64,000 nt of DNA from contig CAWEHK010000036.1 of assembly GCA_963808625.1 (NCBI GenBank), forward strand, positions 62,936 through 126,935, read 5' to 3'. The position numbers and the translations under genes were made by a program. The notes under the pieces are model-generated. The model did no database searches. It worked only from the letters and a program-made list of their open reading frames with translations, and was not told where the DNA came from. Numbering within the stretch: position 1 is the stretch's first letter; each line of letters opens with the position of its first letter. The DNA comes from an uncultured delta proteobacterium (lineage in GTDB: Bacteria > Desulfobacterota > Syntrophobacteria > Syntrophobacterales > Syntrophobacteraceae). Below are positions 1-11,232 of this stretch, piece by piece.

Positions 1-1970
1 CCAGTTGCGAAATATGAATCAGGCCGTCGATATTCGGCAGGATTTCCGCGAAGGCCCCGAAATCCGTGACGCGCACCACGCGGGCCATGTAAAGCTGGCC
101 CACTTCGGGCTCTTGCGTCAGGCTTTTGATCTTGTTGATGGCCTTGTCACAAGCCTCCTGATCCGGGCTCATGACCACCACGCGACCCGTATCGTCGATA
201 TCGATCTTGGCGCCGGTTTCGGCTACGATGGCGCGAATCACCTTGCCCCCGGGTCCGATCACATCGCGGATTTTGTCCGGGTTGATCTGCAGGCTGATCA
301 CGCGCGGCGCGTAGGGTGAGAGCTCGGGTCGGGGTGACGCAAGAGCTTCCTGCATTTTCTCGAGAATAAAGATACGGCCCTTTCGAGCCTGTTCGAGGGC
401 CCGGCGCATGATTTCGCGGTCGATTCCGGAAATCTTGATATCCATTTGCAGGGCGGTAATCCCCTTGCCGCTGCCGGTAACCTTGAAATCCATATCGCCA
501 AAGTGGTCTTCATCACCCAGGATGTCGGTAAGAACGACCACCTCGCTGCCTTCCTTGATCAAACCCATGGCCACGCCGGCCACGGTGTCGGTCAGGGGAA
601 CGCCCGCATCCATGAGCGCCAGGGTGGCCCCGCAGACGGTGGCCATGGAGCTGGAGCCATTGGATTCCAGGACTTCCGAGACCACGCGAATCGTATAGGG
701 GAACTCGCCGTCTTTGGGCAGGACGGTCTTCACCGAGCGTTCAGCCAGGGCCCCATGGCCGATGTCCCGACGCCCCGGCCCGCGCAGCGGTCGCACCTCG
801 CCGACGGAGTAGGGAGGAAAATTGTAATGGAGCATGAAGGACTTGAAGGTTTCGCCTGCCAGCGCTTCGATCTTCTGTTCATCGGACGAAGACCCGAGGG
901 TGACCACCGCGAGCACCTGCGTCTCGCCGCGACGGAACATCGCCGAACCGTGGGTCCTGGGGAGAATGCCCACTTCAATGGTGATGGGGCGGATCTCATC
1001 GAAACGACGGCCATCGATGCGTCGACCTTCCTCGACCATCATGCGCCGCACGATCTCTTTTTCGAGATCTTCGAGAACGCCGTCGATCTCTTTCACCCGC
1101 TCCGGAAACTCGGCGGAAAGCTCTTCATGCACGCGCTGCTTCAAAGCTTTCTTCAGGTCGCGGCGAAGCAATTTCTCAGGAGTCGTGACCACCTGCCGCA
1201 TGCCATCGGCAGCGGTCTTCTTCACCGCTTCGATCAGCAGCGTGTCGTTCAGGATCTCGGGAGGGGCCTCTTTGACTGCTCCGACCATCTTCCTGAGTTC
1301 ATCCTGGGCGTCGAGAATGGGCAAAATGGCGCGATGAGCGGTATCGATGGCTTCGACGAGATCTTCTTCGGAGACGAACTTGGCGCCGCCTTCCACCATC
1401 ACCACGGCCTCTCGGCTCCCCGCGACGACGACGTTCATGTCGCTCTCTTCCAACTGTTTCAGGCTGGGATTGATGATGAATTCGCCATCGAGGCGCCCGA
1501 CGCGAACTGCTGCGATCGGTCCTTGAAAGGGGATGCGGGAGATATGCAGAGCGGCTGAAGCACCGGTCATGGCGACGACATCAGGCTCATTTTCCTGATC
1601 GACGGAGAGCACCGTGGCGATGACCTGGGTTTCCAGCGCGTATCCCTTTGGAAAGAGAGGGCGGATGGGTCGGTCGATCAGGCGCGAAGTCAGGGTCTCC
1701 TTCTCGCTGGGGCGGCCGATTTCCCGCCGGAAAAAGCTGCCGGGGATGCGCCCTGCGGCATAGCTCATTTCTTGATAATCGACCATGAGGGGCAGAAAAT
1801 CAATGCCTTCACGGGACCGGTCTTCTTTGGTTGCCGTGACCAGCACCACGGTATCACCATATCGCATCATCACGGCACCGCTTGCCTGCTGTCGCAACAT
1901 GGCCGCACTCGATGGTCAGCGGACGTCCACCCACCTCAATTTGTACTGTATGTTTCATGGATGTTTCCAT
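1..1970 (-). CDS. pnp: Polyribonucleotide nucleotidyltransferase (PNPase), runs off the window start; frameshifted near N-terminus
   Basis: Minus-strand translation gives [19 protein letters not shown]..., ...[17 protein letters not shown]..., DHLGDM-like DFKVTG...[11 protein letters not shown] and KH-domain [18 protein letters not shown] at ~1974-1978; downstream of rpsO as usual. Confidence 0.95.
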
Positions 1971-2034
1971 ACACCTCCGGTTTGCGTTGCGGACCCCGGA
2001 ATCGTGGTGGTCCGGTCGCAAAAGAAAAGAAAAA

Positions 2035-2305
2035 TTAGCGGCGCAGTCCGAGCCGTTCCACAACCGTATTGTACCGATCAACGCTCTTCCTTTTCAGGTA
2101 GTTCAGCAGTTGTCGGCGCTGCCCGACCAGCTTCAGAAGCCCGCGACGGGAGTGGTGGTCCTTGTGGTGCGTCTTGAAGTGTTCGGTCAAATAACTGATT
2201 CTCTCGCTCAGCAGCGCGATCTGCACCTCGGGAGATCCCGTGTCCGAGGGATGAGTACTTGAAGTTTTCGATAATGGCTTTCTTCTTCTCAGGGGTCATT
2301 ACCAC
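2035..2305 (-). CDS. rpsO: 30S ribosomal protein S15 (one indel)
   Basis: [50 protein letters not shown]...LGLRR; N-terminus in an adjacent frame (2078..2305). Confidence 0.97.
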
Positions 2306-2385
2306 GGTTTGTCCTCCTTCTTCCTATGATGATAGTGTGTTATCGATAATGTCAGGTTGCAGGCTGGAAAGCCGCTGTGCCTGAA

Positions 2386-3408
2386 TCATTTCTCTCTTCT
2401 GACGATGGCGTGTTCCGGGGAGCTGTCTGCTCCAAGGACCCGCAAACGACGCTGTTTCTGACCGTTTTCATGGGGCCACCATAAAGCGATCAGTTCGTTG
2501 TTGCCCGCTGCAACCAGGCGCACCGGGGCCGTCTGCTTCGGAAAGCGCCCCTCGAAGGTCATTTCCAAGGCAGGGTCCAAGTGTCCGTCCTGCAAACGTT
2601 TCAAAGTTTCTTCATCGGTGATGGAGACCGCAGGCAAATGCGCCAGGGCCTCATTCATCCCCATCAAATTCTCGTGCCAGCGGTTGCTCCGCGAGGCGTT
2701 CTCGAAGCTCGTCGAGCGATATCGCCCGCTCGAGAGCAAACCGGCCGCTGGCCAGGCGCCTCAGTTCGCTCACATAGGCGCCGCACTGCAGTTCGCTTCC
2801 CGATATCGGCCGCCAACTGACGGATGTAGGTGCCCTTGGAACAGTGGACCTCGATCTCCGCTTCCGGCCAGGTGAACGATACCAACCTGATGCTGTGCAG
2901 GCATACTGCCCGGCGCGGCAGGTCGATGGCGATTCCTTTCCTGCTCAAGGCATAAAGGCGCTGCCCCTGTACCTTCACCGCTGCGTATCGGGGCACCTGC
3001 TGCTCATGAGCACCCTGAAAACGGTCCAGGGATGTTCCGCAGCTCCGCCTCGGCAACGGGTGGACCATGATAGACCGGGACGATTTGGCCGGTGCGATCG
3101 AGCGTGTCTGATTCGAACCCGAAACGAATCCCGCATCGATACACCTTGTCCTGTTCCAGGAGTTGATCGGCGATGCGCGTGGCACGGTTCAGGCAGAGCA
3201 GGAACACCCCCGTGGCAATCGGGTCGAGCGTGCCGCAATGTCCGACTTTGTTGAGCCCCAGCAATTTCTTGACCTCAGTGACGACACTGAACGACGTGCG
3301 TTCCTCGGGCTTATCCAGAACCAGTACGCCGCTCGCGCGAAAAACCGCGGGTGCGGCAGGAAGGGGAGGGGCCCCATGGGGAGATTGCGTCGTGGCGTGA
3401 AGCATCAC
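2386..3408 (-). CDS. truB: tRNA pseudouridine(55) synthase, split over three frames
   Basis: GVLVLDKP, KVGHCGTLDPIATG, YAAVKVQGQRLY and HCSKGTYIRQLAADIG motifs. Confidence 0.93.
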
Positions 3409-4403
3409 CTCTTCCCCATCGTCTGCTCAAGGTAGGCCAGTGCTTCCGTGGTAAAGCGGGAGCGGACCGCCGGCAACCGTCCCGGGACCTCAAAGGCTGC
3501 CGCATGCCGATGTCCCCCTCCGCCTTGCCTTTGCGCAAAACCCGCCACATCCACATCGCCCTTGGAGCGCATGCTGACGTGCACCTGGCCTTCCGTTCCT
3601 TCCCGAAACAGCATCGCCATCTCGACCGATTTTACCGAACGCAGAAAATTGATGAAGCCTTCGGCATCGGCAGGGGACGCAGCGGTTTCGGCAAACATGT
3701 TCTGGCTCATTTCAGCGGTGGCCAGGCGGTCGCTGCCATGGAACGACAGCGTGGCAAGAACCATCGTCAGCAGTCGGAGGCTCTCCACCGAAGCGGAATC
3801 GTATACCTGTTCGGCGATGAAGGCCGGATCGGCGCCGGCCGCCACCAGCTTTGCCGCAATCTCGAGGACCCGTTGATTCGTATTGGAAAACCGGAAGGAG
3901 CCGGAATCGGCAAGCAGCCCGGTGTAGAGTGTTGTCGCCAGGTCGGCGTCAATGGTGACCGGAAGCCTGAGGCCCAGATCATAGAGCATCTCGCAGGCGC
4001 TGCTTGCCGAAGTCCGGTTCCAGTACAGGTTCCCAAAAGAAGCGTGGGCAACGTGATGATCGATGCTGATGAGAAACGGGACCTGCTCGATGGCGCCCGC
4101 GAGGGCCGGTCCCACGCGCAAAAAGTCTCCGCAATCGACAAGGATGGCCACGTCATAACGGGATGGTTGGAGAATTCTGTCGCGAATGGACGATGCTCCA
4201 GGCAGAAATCGATATGCCGTCGGTACCGGGTCCTGGCAATAGGGATCGGCCTTCTTTCCCAGGCGGTGGAGCAGGTGCGTCATGGAGAGGACGGAACCGA
4301 TGGCATCGCCGTCCGGCCGCACATGGGTGGCAACGAGAAAACTTTGACTGAGCTGGATCGACGCTACAATCTCCGGGATGATATCGTCTTTCGGCTTATT
4401 CAT
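3405..4403 (-). CDS. nrnA: DHH/DHHA1 family phosphoesterase (NrnA-like oligoribonuclease/PAP phosphatase)
   Basis: THVRPDGDAIGS, ILVDC, IDHH and GGGGHRHAA motifs; typical position between rbfA and truB. Confidence 0.9.
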   Translation of the reverse strand: MNKPKDDIIPEIVASIQLSQSFLVATHVRPDGDAIGSVLSMTHLLHRLGKKADPYCQDPVPTAYRFLPGASSIRDRILQPSRYDVAILVDCGDFLRVGPALAGAIEQVPFLISIDHHVAHASFGNLYWNRTSASSACEMLYDLGLRLPVTIDADLATTLYTGLLADSGSFRFSNTNQRVLEIAAKLVAAGADPAFIAEQVYDSASVESLRLLTMVLATLSFHGSDRLATAEMSQNMFAETAASPADAEGFINFLRSVKSVEMAMLFREGTEGQVHVSMRSKGDVDVAGFAQRQGGGGHRHAAAFEVPGRLPAVRSRFTTEALAYLEQTMGKR

Positions 4404-4755
4404 CCTTGTGCAGCTCTTTCAGCAGGCGTTCGATCCGGTCGCCATAGTCAAACGAAGTATCGTAAATAAATTCGAGCTGAGGAACATATCTCATATGAAG
4501 GCGTTTACCCAATTCCTGGCGCATGAATCCTTTTGCCTTTTCGAGGCCGCCGGCAACGGCTTCCTTTCCTTCATCCTTCGAGGAACCCATAACGCAATAG
4601 AACATTCGGGCGTGCTGCAAATCTCCTGAGACTTTAACACCCGTGATGGTCACGCCGTCAACCCGGGGGTCCTTCACCCGACGCAGCAGCAGGTCGGCAA
4701 TTTCCCGCTGCAACAGATCCGCGATGCGATCACACCTCTTATATTCGGCGATCAT
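4396..4755 (-). CDS. rbfA: Ribosome-binding factor A
   Basis: VKDPRV...ITGVKVSGDLQHA...LHMRYVPQLEFIYDTS. Confidence 0.96.
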   Translation of the reverse strand: MIAEYKRCDRIADLLQREIADLLLRRVKDPRVDGVTITGVKVSGDLQHARMFYCVMGSSKDEGKEAVAGGLEKAKGFMRQELGKRLHMRYVPQLEFIYDTSFDYGDRIERLLKELHKDE

Positions 4756-4773
4756 TATCCCGTCCCTCGAAAG

Positions 4774-4801
4774 CAGTGGTCAGTGATCAGTGGCCAGTGA
4801 T
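4774..4801. repeat. Intergenic heptamer tandem repeat (CAGTGRY) x4
   Basis: CAGTGGT-CAGTGAT-CAGTGGC-CAGTGAT read directly. Confidence 0.8.
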
Positions 4802-4837
4802 CGGAAGCGGTGCCGCAACAAGAGCTGCTGCCGTTTT

Positions 4838-5164
4838 TCATACCTGGCAAACGTCGCCGACATGGTCGGGGCCGCCGCCGAGGGGAATCAACTCGATTTC
4901 ATGACCAATGAGATCAGCCAGATTGAGGGAATCCATGAAATCGACAATGCGGTCAAGCACCGAATTGAGGAGACGTCCATCGTTCCCAATAACGGCGACC
5001 CCCAGAGTCGCTCGCTGGTGCACATCCTGGTCCTCAACTTCTGCCACCGCCGCGTTGAAACGATGGCGGCTCTTTTCGACCAGGCTCTTGACCACTTTGC
5101 GCTTGTCCTTAAGCGATTGGTTGCCGTGAAGTCTAAATTGTATTCGCGCAATCCCGACCGTCAT
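4838..5164 (-). CDS. DUF503 (YlxP-like) protein
   Basis: SLKDKRKVVKSL...RFNAAVAEVEDQDVHQRATLGVAV; conserved position between infB and rbfA. Confidence 0.9.
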   Translation of the reverse strand: MTVGIARIQFRLHGNQSLKDKRKVVKSLVEKSRHRFNAAVAEVEDQDVHQRATLGVAVIGNDGRLLNSVLDRIVDFMDSLNLADLIGHEIELIPLGGGPDHVGDVCQV

Positions 5165-5169
5165 GCTTG

Positions 5170-5300
5170 GCTCTTAGCTCTTAGCTCTTGGCTCTTGGCT
5201 CTTGCTCTTAGCCTATCAGCACTCGATTCTTGCTACCCTCGACCTCTACCTCGCCATCCCATCACTCATCACTCGTCACCCATCACTCAACATCACCATC
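5170..5300. repeat. Intergenic heptamer tandem repeats: (GCTCTTR) x6 at 5170-5210 and (CRTCACY) x4 at 5260-5287
   Basis: Read directly in the infB/DUF503 spacer. Confidence 0.8.
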
Positions 5301-5303
5301 AAC

Positions 5304-8214
5304 CTACTTACGCTCGCTATCGCTCTCAAGCACCGGCTTGACCTCTTTGAGTTCGTAGGCCTCGAGAATGTCGCCAACCTTGATATCGTTGAAATTCTCT
5401 ATCCCGATACCACATTCGAAGCCCGCCTTGACTTCCTTCACATCGTCTTTGAAGCGGCGCAGAGAAATGATCTTCCCATCGTTGACAACGACTTGATCCC
5501 GCAAGACCCGGGCCCGCGCCCCCCGCTCGATACGGCCGTCGAGGACCTGGCAGCCGGCAATCATCCCGACCTTGGGGACATGAAAAGTCTGGCGCACCTC
5601 TGCCCGCCCAAGGACGCTCTCCTGGTAGACCGGTTCAAGCATCCCCACCATGGCGTCCTTGATGTCGTTCAGGAGCTGATAGATGATGTCATAGTAGCGC
5701 ACATCCACGTGTTCTTGCTCGGCCAGTTCCTGCACCTTTGCGTCCGCGCGCACATTGAAGCCGATAATGATGGCCTTGGATGCGGAAGCCAGCATGACGT
5801 CGGTCTCGGTAATCGCCCCTGTAGCATTGTGGATGAGATTGATCTTCACTTCCTGCGTGGACAGTTTCTGGAGGGAGTCGCTGATCGCTTCCTGAGACCC
5901 GTGCACATCGGTCTTGAGGATGATGGGGAGCTCTTTGATTTCCCCTTCTTTGATCTGGTCGTAGAGGTTTTCCAGGCTGACTTTGGTGGTGCGTGAGAGC
6001 TCTTTTTCACGGAGCTTTACGTGCCGGTGTTCGGCGACCATCTTGGCCTGTTTGTCGTCGGTTATGACAACGAAGTCGTCGCCGGCGTTCGGCACACCCG
6101 AAAGCCCCAGGACCTCGACGGGCGTCGACGGTCCCGCCTCATCCAGTTTCTGTCCCACGTCGTTGAAAAGGTTTCGCACTCGGCCGGAGTGCACGCCGCA
6201 GACATAGATATCTCCCGTCTTGAGGGTCCCTTCCTGAACGAGAATGGTTGCCACCGGCCCGCGACCTTTATCCAGTTTGGCTTCAATCACGCGGCCGCGA
6301 GCGGGCTTGTTGGAACTGGCCTTGAGTTCCATGATTTCCGCCTGGAGCAGGATGAGCTCCAAAAGTTCGTCAATCCCCACCCGCTCTTTCGCCGAGATGC
6401 CGACCATGGCCACGTCTCCGCCCCATTCCCCCGGGATCAGGCCCTGTTCCGCCAATTCCCGCTTGACGCGGTCGATATTGGCATTGGGTTTGTCGATCTT
6501 GTTAATGGCCACAATAATGGGCACGTTGGCAGCTTTGGCATGGTTGATCGCCTCGATGGTCTGCTGCATCACGCCATCGTCGGCCGCGACTACCAGCACC
6601 ACGATATCGGTGACCTTGGCGCCGCGGGCGCGCATCGAGGTAAAGGCTTCGTGACCCGGCGTATCGAGGAAGACCACGTCGCCGATGCTTGAGTCTAACG
6701 TAGTGAGCTCCGATATGCTGCGTAATGCCGCCCGCTTCTCCTTCGATCACTTTTGTGTGCCGGATGGCATCAAGCAAGCGAAGTCTTGCCATGATCGACG
6801 TGGCCCATAACCGTCACCACCGGTGGTCGCGGAATGAGATCTTCAGGACGGTCTTCTTGAATCTGTAGAATTTCTTCCTCCTCAAAGCCAACTTTTTCCA
6901 CTTCGAAATCAAATTCCGAAGCGAGCAGTGCGGCGGTATCAAAATCCATGGCCTGATTGATATTTGAGGGCAGTCCCAGAAGCAGCAGTTTTTTCAGCAC
7001 TTCAGCCGCTTTGACTCCCATTTGGTGGGCCAGGTTGGCCACCGTGATCGCCTCATCAATCCTTATGCGACGCTTGCCGATCTTGGGTACAGCCAGTTCC
7101 GGTCTCAACGACTCCCGCAGCAGGGGAAGTCTTTCTCGGTCTTTGAGGCGGCCGCGATCCGCCTGAGCGGCCAGTTCCTTCTTGGAATAAAGGTCTTCGC
7201 GTTCGAGGACTTCCTTGCTCCCCACCCATCGCCGTTTCTTGTCGGCTGCCTCACGTTCGAATTCTTCCGCCTTTCGGCTTTCTCTTGCGTGCGAGTTCTT
7301 TGATATCGGGTTCTTCGGCTTTTACCTGCAACCGCGCCGCAATGGGAGGAGGCTCCGGTTCCTCTTCTGCTTCTTCCTCGGTGATCAATATCAGGGAGAC
7401 TGATGATGCGGGCGGGCTCTTCTTTGCGGACCTTTTTTCGCCGCCGCTTCTTCGCCTTCTTTGGTTTTTCCTTATCCGCTTCCTCCTCTTCTTCAACCCC
7501 TGCTGCGGGAACTGGCGGGGCTGCCTCCGGGGCGCCTTCAGGTCTCGAAGCGGAACGGACGGGAGCCTCCTGGGGGATGGGTGCGGGGTGAAATTCTGCT
7601 TCGGTTTTCAGTTCCTGTGCTGTGATCTTTTCTTCCTCCTGACGCTCTAGGGTGACCGGTGCGCTCGGGGCCTCCTCTTCTGCCGGAAGGCCGGGACTCT
7701 CAGGAGTAACTGATACCGGCTCAGGAGGCGGCGAAACGGCAGGAGGGGCTTCAATGCACGACCGCTTCGGGGGCAGGAGCGGCCTTGAGATCTTTTTCGG
7801 TTTGAGTTCCTCGACCCTCTCGGGCGGCAGTTCAGGCAGCGGCGAGGGGGGAACAGGCCCTGCTCCAGGTTCCGGTAAAGCAGGTTCCGTGACCGCTTCC
7901 GGCAGGGGTGGAACGGGTTCCACGGCGGCCGCCAGGGGGGCCTCCAGGCCTTCTTCGAGAGGAGCAGCCAGGGGCCCCACTTCTTCCTCTGCAACCCGCT
8001 TGCGCCGGCGAATGACGGCTCTGCCGATGCGCTTTTCCTCAATCGTCTCCGTCTTTGCCTCAGCGAACTGCTGCCGAACCTTCTGCACGGTCAGTTCCGT
8101 CAAGGTGCTCATGTGGTTCTTCACCTGAACCCCCAACTTAAGCAGGCGCTCAATCAGGTCTTTGTTGTTCATGTTCAACTCTTTTGCAAGTTCGTGCACC
8201 CTCATGCGCGACAT
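5304..8214 (-). CDS. infB: Translation initiation factor IF-2, split over three frames
   Basis: [14 protein letters not shown]-terminus; [58 protein letters not shown]. Confidence 0.97.
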
Positions 8215-8314
8215 GAAAACCTCTCCCTTATCCTTCTCCACCCTGTCGCCTCCGACTTACTCCTGCTGCTCCCCCTGGCAGCCCCCAGACACCACAGGTG
8301 GGAAGGGACCAGGT

Positions 8315-8599
8315 TCATCGATCAATACTTCCTGCCAGCCCCTTCGCTTCATTGCGAAACGCCTTTTGAACCCGCTTGGTATAGCGCAGCCGCGGCAAAC
8401 AGTCTTGACACACATAGCCGCCACGTCCTTCCAGGCGTTGCCCGCGATCGGGGACGATGGTCCTTTCGACCGGGCTGAGGGCGATTCGCAGCAGCTCGGA
8501 CTTGGCACTTTTTTTGCCGCAAACCAGGCACGTGCGTATGGGGACATGGGCTTTACGCACCAATTTCGTCTCCTGAGAGCTGTTTTTCCGGGGTCTCAT
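8315..8599 (-). CDS. ylxR: YlxR/DUF448 family protein (true start probably ~8560)
   Basis: [11 protein letters not shown]...ELLRI...GRGGYVC; between nusA and infB. Confidence 0.88.
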   Translation of the reverse strand: MRPRKNSSQETKLVRKAHVPIRTCLVCGKKSAKSELLRIALSPVERTIVPDRGQRLEGRGGYVCQDCLPRLRYTKRVQKAFRNEAKGLAGSIDR

Positions 8600-9921
8600 C
8601 CTCAGGGTTCAACTGGTCGGGGAACTCACCCTGGTCCAGCGGGGCTTCCGCTGCGCTCTCTGCCTCACGGGCCGCCGCAGCCTCATCCCGCGCGAGCAAT
8701 TGGCCGGCTTCTTCAACCATGGCTGCCAGGGTTGACTCCGAGACATGGATCACGTCTTCCAGTTCCGTCAGGCTTGCTTCAACGAACTCCTCGAGGGAAG
8801 TGACGCCGGCGTCGTAGAGCCGGTCAGCCATTTCTTCCGTCAGCCCCTGGAGGCGCAACAGGGACTGATAGCCGGCCTGCTTTTGGCGGTTGTAGCGACT
8901 TTCGCTCTTCACGTCAATCCGCCAGTTCGTAAGTTTGGAGGCCAGGCGGACGTTCTGTCCCCGCTTTCCGATAGCCAGGGAGAGCTGATCGTCGGGCACG
9001 ATGACTTCCATGTTGCGATTGGCCTGGTCGATGATAACTTTGGAAATAATGGCAGGGGCCAGAGCCATTCACCACAAACTTGGCCGGGTCCATGTTCCAG
9101 GGAACGATATCGATTTTTTCACCCCGCAGTTCCTGGACCACATTCTGCACGCGGGACCCTTTCATGCCGACGCAGGCGCCCACCGGATCGACGTCCGGGT
9201 TCCTCGAAACGACCGCAATCTTTGCCCGCGAACCGGGTTCTCGTGCGGCATTGATAACGCTGACAACGCCATCCCCGATTTCCGGCACCTCGAAGTGAAA
9301 CAACTGGATCAGGAAGTGAGGGTGGGTTCGACTCAAAATGACTTGCGGTCCCTTGCTGATCTTCTTTACTTCCAGCACGAAAGCGCGAATCCGGTCTCCC
9401 TGCCGGAAGATTTCCCTGGGGATCTGTTCCTTGGCAGGGAGAATCGCTTCGGTCTGCCCCAGATTGACGACGACCCCGGATTTGTCCGCCCGCTGCACGA
9501 TGCCGTGAACAATGTCTCCCTTTCGGCCTTTGAACTCTTCGTAGATAACTTCCCGCTCGGCGTCTTTCATTTTCTGGATGATGACCTGCTTGGCCGATTG
9601 TGCGGCAATACGGCCCAGGGTTTCCGTGTCCATGCGGACGCCGAGCTCGTCGCCAAGCTCACTTTCAGGGTCCATCTGGCGTGCATCCGTCAAAGAAATC
9701 TGCTTCTCCGGGTCCGTCACCAGCTCAACAACTTCCTTAAATAAGAAGGCCTCGATTTCGCCAAATTCTTCATTAAAGGTCACGTCAAGTTCGTGCTTGC
9801 CGCCGTATTTCTTCTTGACTGCCGATTTGATGGCTTCTTCCAGGGTGTGAATCAACGTTTGCCGGTCGATACCTTTTTCCCGACTGACCTGATCGATCAA
9901 ACGCTTGAGTTCACCATTCAT
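8553..9921 (-). CDS. nusA: Transcription termination/antitermination factor NusA (one indel near 9065)
   Basis: [69 protein letters not shown] before the ATG at 9921. Confidence 0.96.
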
Positions 9922-9989
9922 GATTGTCGATCTCCTCGTCTGCTTACAGACAGACCTGGCGCATAAAAATAACCTGCTGGTGAAATATC

Positions 9990-10479
9990 CTAAAGCGTTC
10001 AGAGATTCAAAGTAACGCAGCCGAGCCCGTTCCAGAAGGTTGAACGGAATGTCGAAAAGGTGGCCCTCACAGTCAACCGTGATTCCTTCGGGTCCGGCAT
10101 CGATCAGCTTTCCCTTGAATTTGCGCCGGTTATTAATGGACGTATGGGCTCTCACGTCGACGATGCTTCCTAAATATCTTTGAAAATGCTCCCACTTACG
10201 CAGCGGCCGATTCAACCCGGGAGAAGAAACCTCGAGGTGGTATTGATTGGCAATGAGATCGGCGACGTCAAGGAGATCGCCCACAACCTGGCTTACCCGA
10301 GCACAATCATCCACCGTGATCCCATCCTCCTGGTCAATAAAGAGACGCAATACCCATCCATGAGGTTCGCAGCGATATTCGACCTCCAGCAGTTCCATTC
10401 TTTCCGCGCGAATGACCGGTTCGGCCAGTTGCCAGATCGCGGCGATAAGCTGCTTGGTCTTATTCCCGTCGTTCGCCAT
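9990..10479 (-). CDS. rimP: Ribosome maturation factor RimP (stop apparently displaced by an indel; 3' end approximate)
   Basis: LRLFIDQEDGITVDDCARVS...YHLEVSSPGLNRPL. Confidence 0.93.
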
Positions 10480-10520
10480 GAGCGCCGTGCTCCGAACATC
10501 TAAGCAAAGCCCGTAGAAAC

Positions 10521-10546
10521 AAAAAAAGCGGGTAACGTACCCACTT
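10521..10546 (-). terminator. rimP leader attenuator-like hairpin with U-tract
   Basis: Minus strand AAGTGGGTACGTTACCCGCTTTTTTT ~40 nt upstream of rimP; such leader hairpins are common ahead of rimP-nusA operons. Confidence 0.7.
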
Positions 10547-10731
10547 CTGTTAGTAGACGCGACAATTATCTAGGCCCGATCTGAAACCGGGCTCTCTTGT
10601 AATAAGAGTCTATCTAATAGTCCTGCCATCCACTAATCGAAGTAAGCGCACGCTGATCCTCGACGATCCGCCTGACCAGCAGCCACCTCAAAAAGGGAAG
10701 CCTTCTTTCCAGAAGGAGCATCTTCCTGAAC

Positions 10732-10807
10732 TGGAGCGGGCAACGGGATTCGAACCCGCGACCCCAAGCTTGGGAAGCTTGTGCTCTACCAACTGAGCTA
10801 CACCCGC
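10732..10807 (-). tRNA. tRNA-Gly (anticodon CCC)
   Basis: GCGGGTGTAGCTCAGTTGGTAGAGCACAAGCTTCCCAAGCTTGGGGTCGCGGGTTCGAATCCCGTTGCCCGCTCCA; 76 nt, folds as a cloverleaf, encoded CCA. Confidence 0.97.
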
Positions 10808-10830
10808 TCGAAAACCTTTTAACGTATCGA

Positions 10831-10860
10831 ACACTAAACGATTCCAGCGGGGGAAGTCAA
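10831..10860 (-). promoter_or_regulatory. Putative sigma70 promoter for tRNA-Gly
   Basis: TTGACT-18 nt-TAGTGT on the minus strand just upstream of the tRNA. Confidence 0.5.
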
Positions 10861-10943
10861 GCCTAAATTGTGGCGAGGTGTGCGTTTGAACCACGTGTTA
10901 AAGGGTGAAAACGGCTGGTGACCTTTCCTCGACACAAATCCTT

Positions 10944-11084
10944 AGGGGCCGTCCAAAAATAAAAAGCATTCTTTTACCACGAAGAACACGAAGCAACACG
11001 AAGTGATTCCTTCGAGCTCTTCGTGTCCTTCGTGGTTTGAATAAAGGCTGAAATGGGAGCACGTAAGATTCTTGGACAGTTCCT
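10944..11084. repeat. MITE/REP-like palindromic element
   Basis: Imperfect 17-bp terminal inverted repeats (AGGGGCCGTCCAAAAAT / ATTCTTGGACAGTTCCT) enclose a palindrome of CACGAAG units (ACCACGAAGAACACGAAG...CTTCGTGTCCTTCGTGGT). Confidence 0.6.
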
Positions 11085-11232
11085 TGCGCATGGCGCCTCA
11101 TGCAAAAGTGCTTTGAAATCATTCCCCCAAAGGCTATTATCCTGCCGCTTTCGCGTATTATCACCCCCTATGGTTGTGCGGGGTTGACAATGTTTAAAGC
11201 TGTTAACCATTTAAAGAATTTAGGAACGAGAA

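Noticed and set aside
5..1558. Long + strand ORFs (e.g. 446..1558) and similar antisense ORFs over other genes
   Set aside because: They are shadows of real genes on the opposite strand in GC-rich DNA, with no recognisable motifs.
8914..10479. Apparent RimP-NusA fusion ORF (521 aa)
   Set aside because: nusA has its own RBS and ATG at 9921, and an out-of-frame TAG sits at the expected rimP end. One indel explains the read-through in this indel-rich assembly.
1..10479. Pseudogenisation or programmed frameshifting of pnp, rpsO, truB, infB and nusA
   Set aside because: These are conserved core genes with otherwise intact motifs. Scattered single-base indels point to sequencing/consensus error.
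10732..10807. tRNA-Gly as the integration site of the accessory region
   Set aside because: The tRNA 3' end faces the core operon, not the accessory DNA. No integrase or duplicated tRNA 3' end was seen in the window.
10976..11036. CRISPR-like array
   Set aside because: The units are ~9 nt, have no unique spacers, and no cas genes are present in the window.
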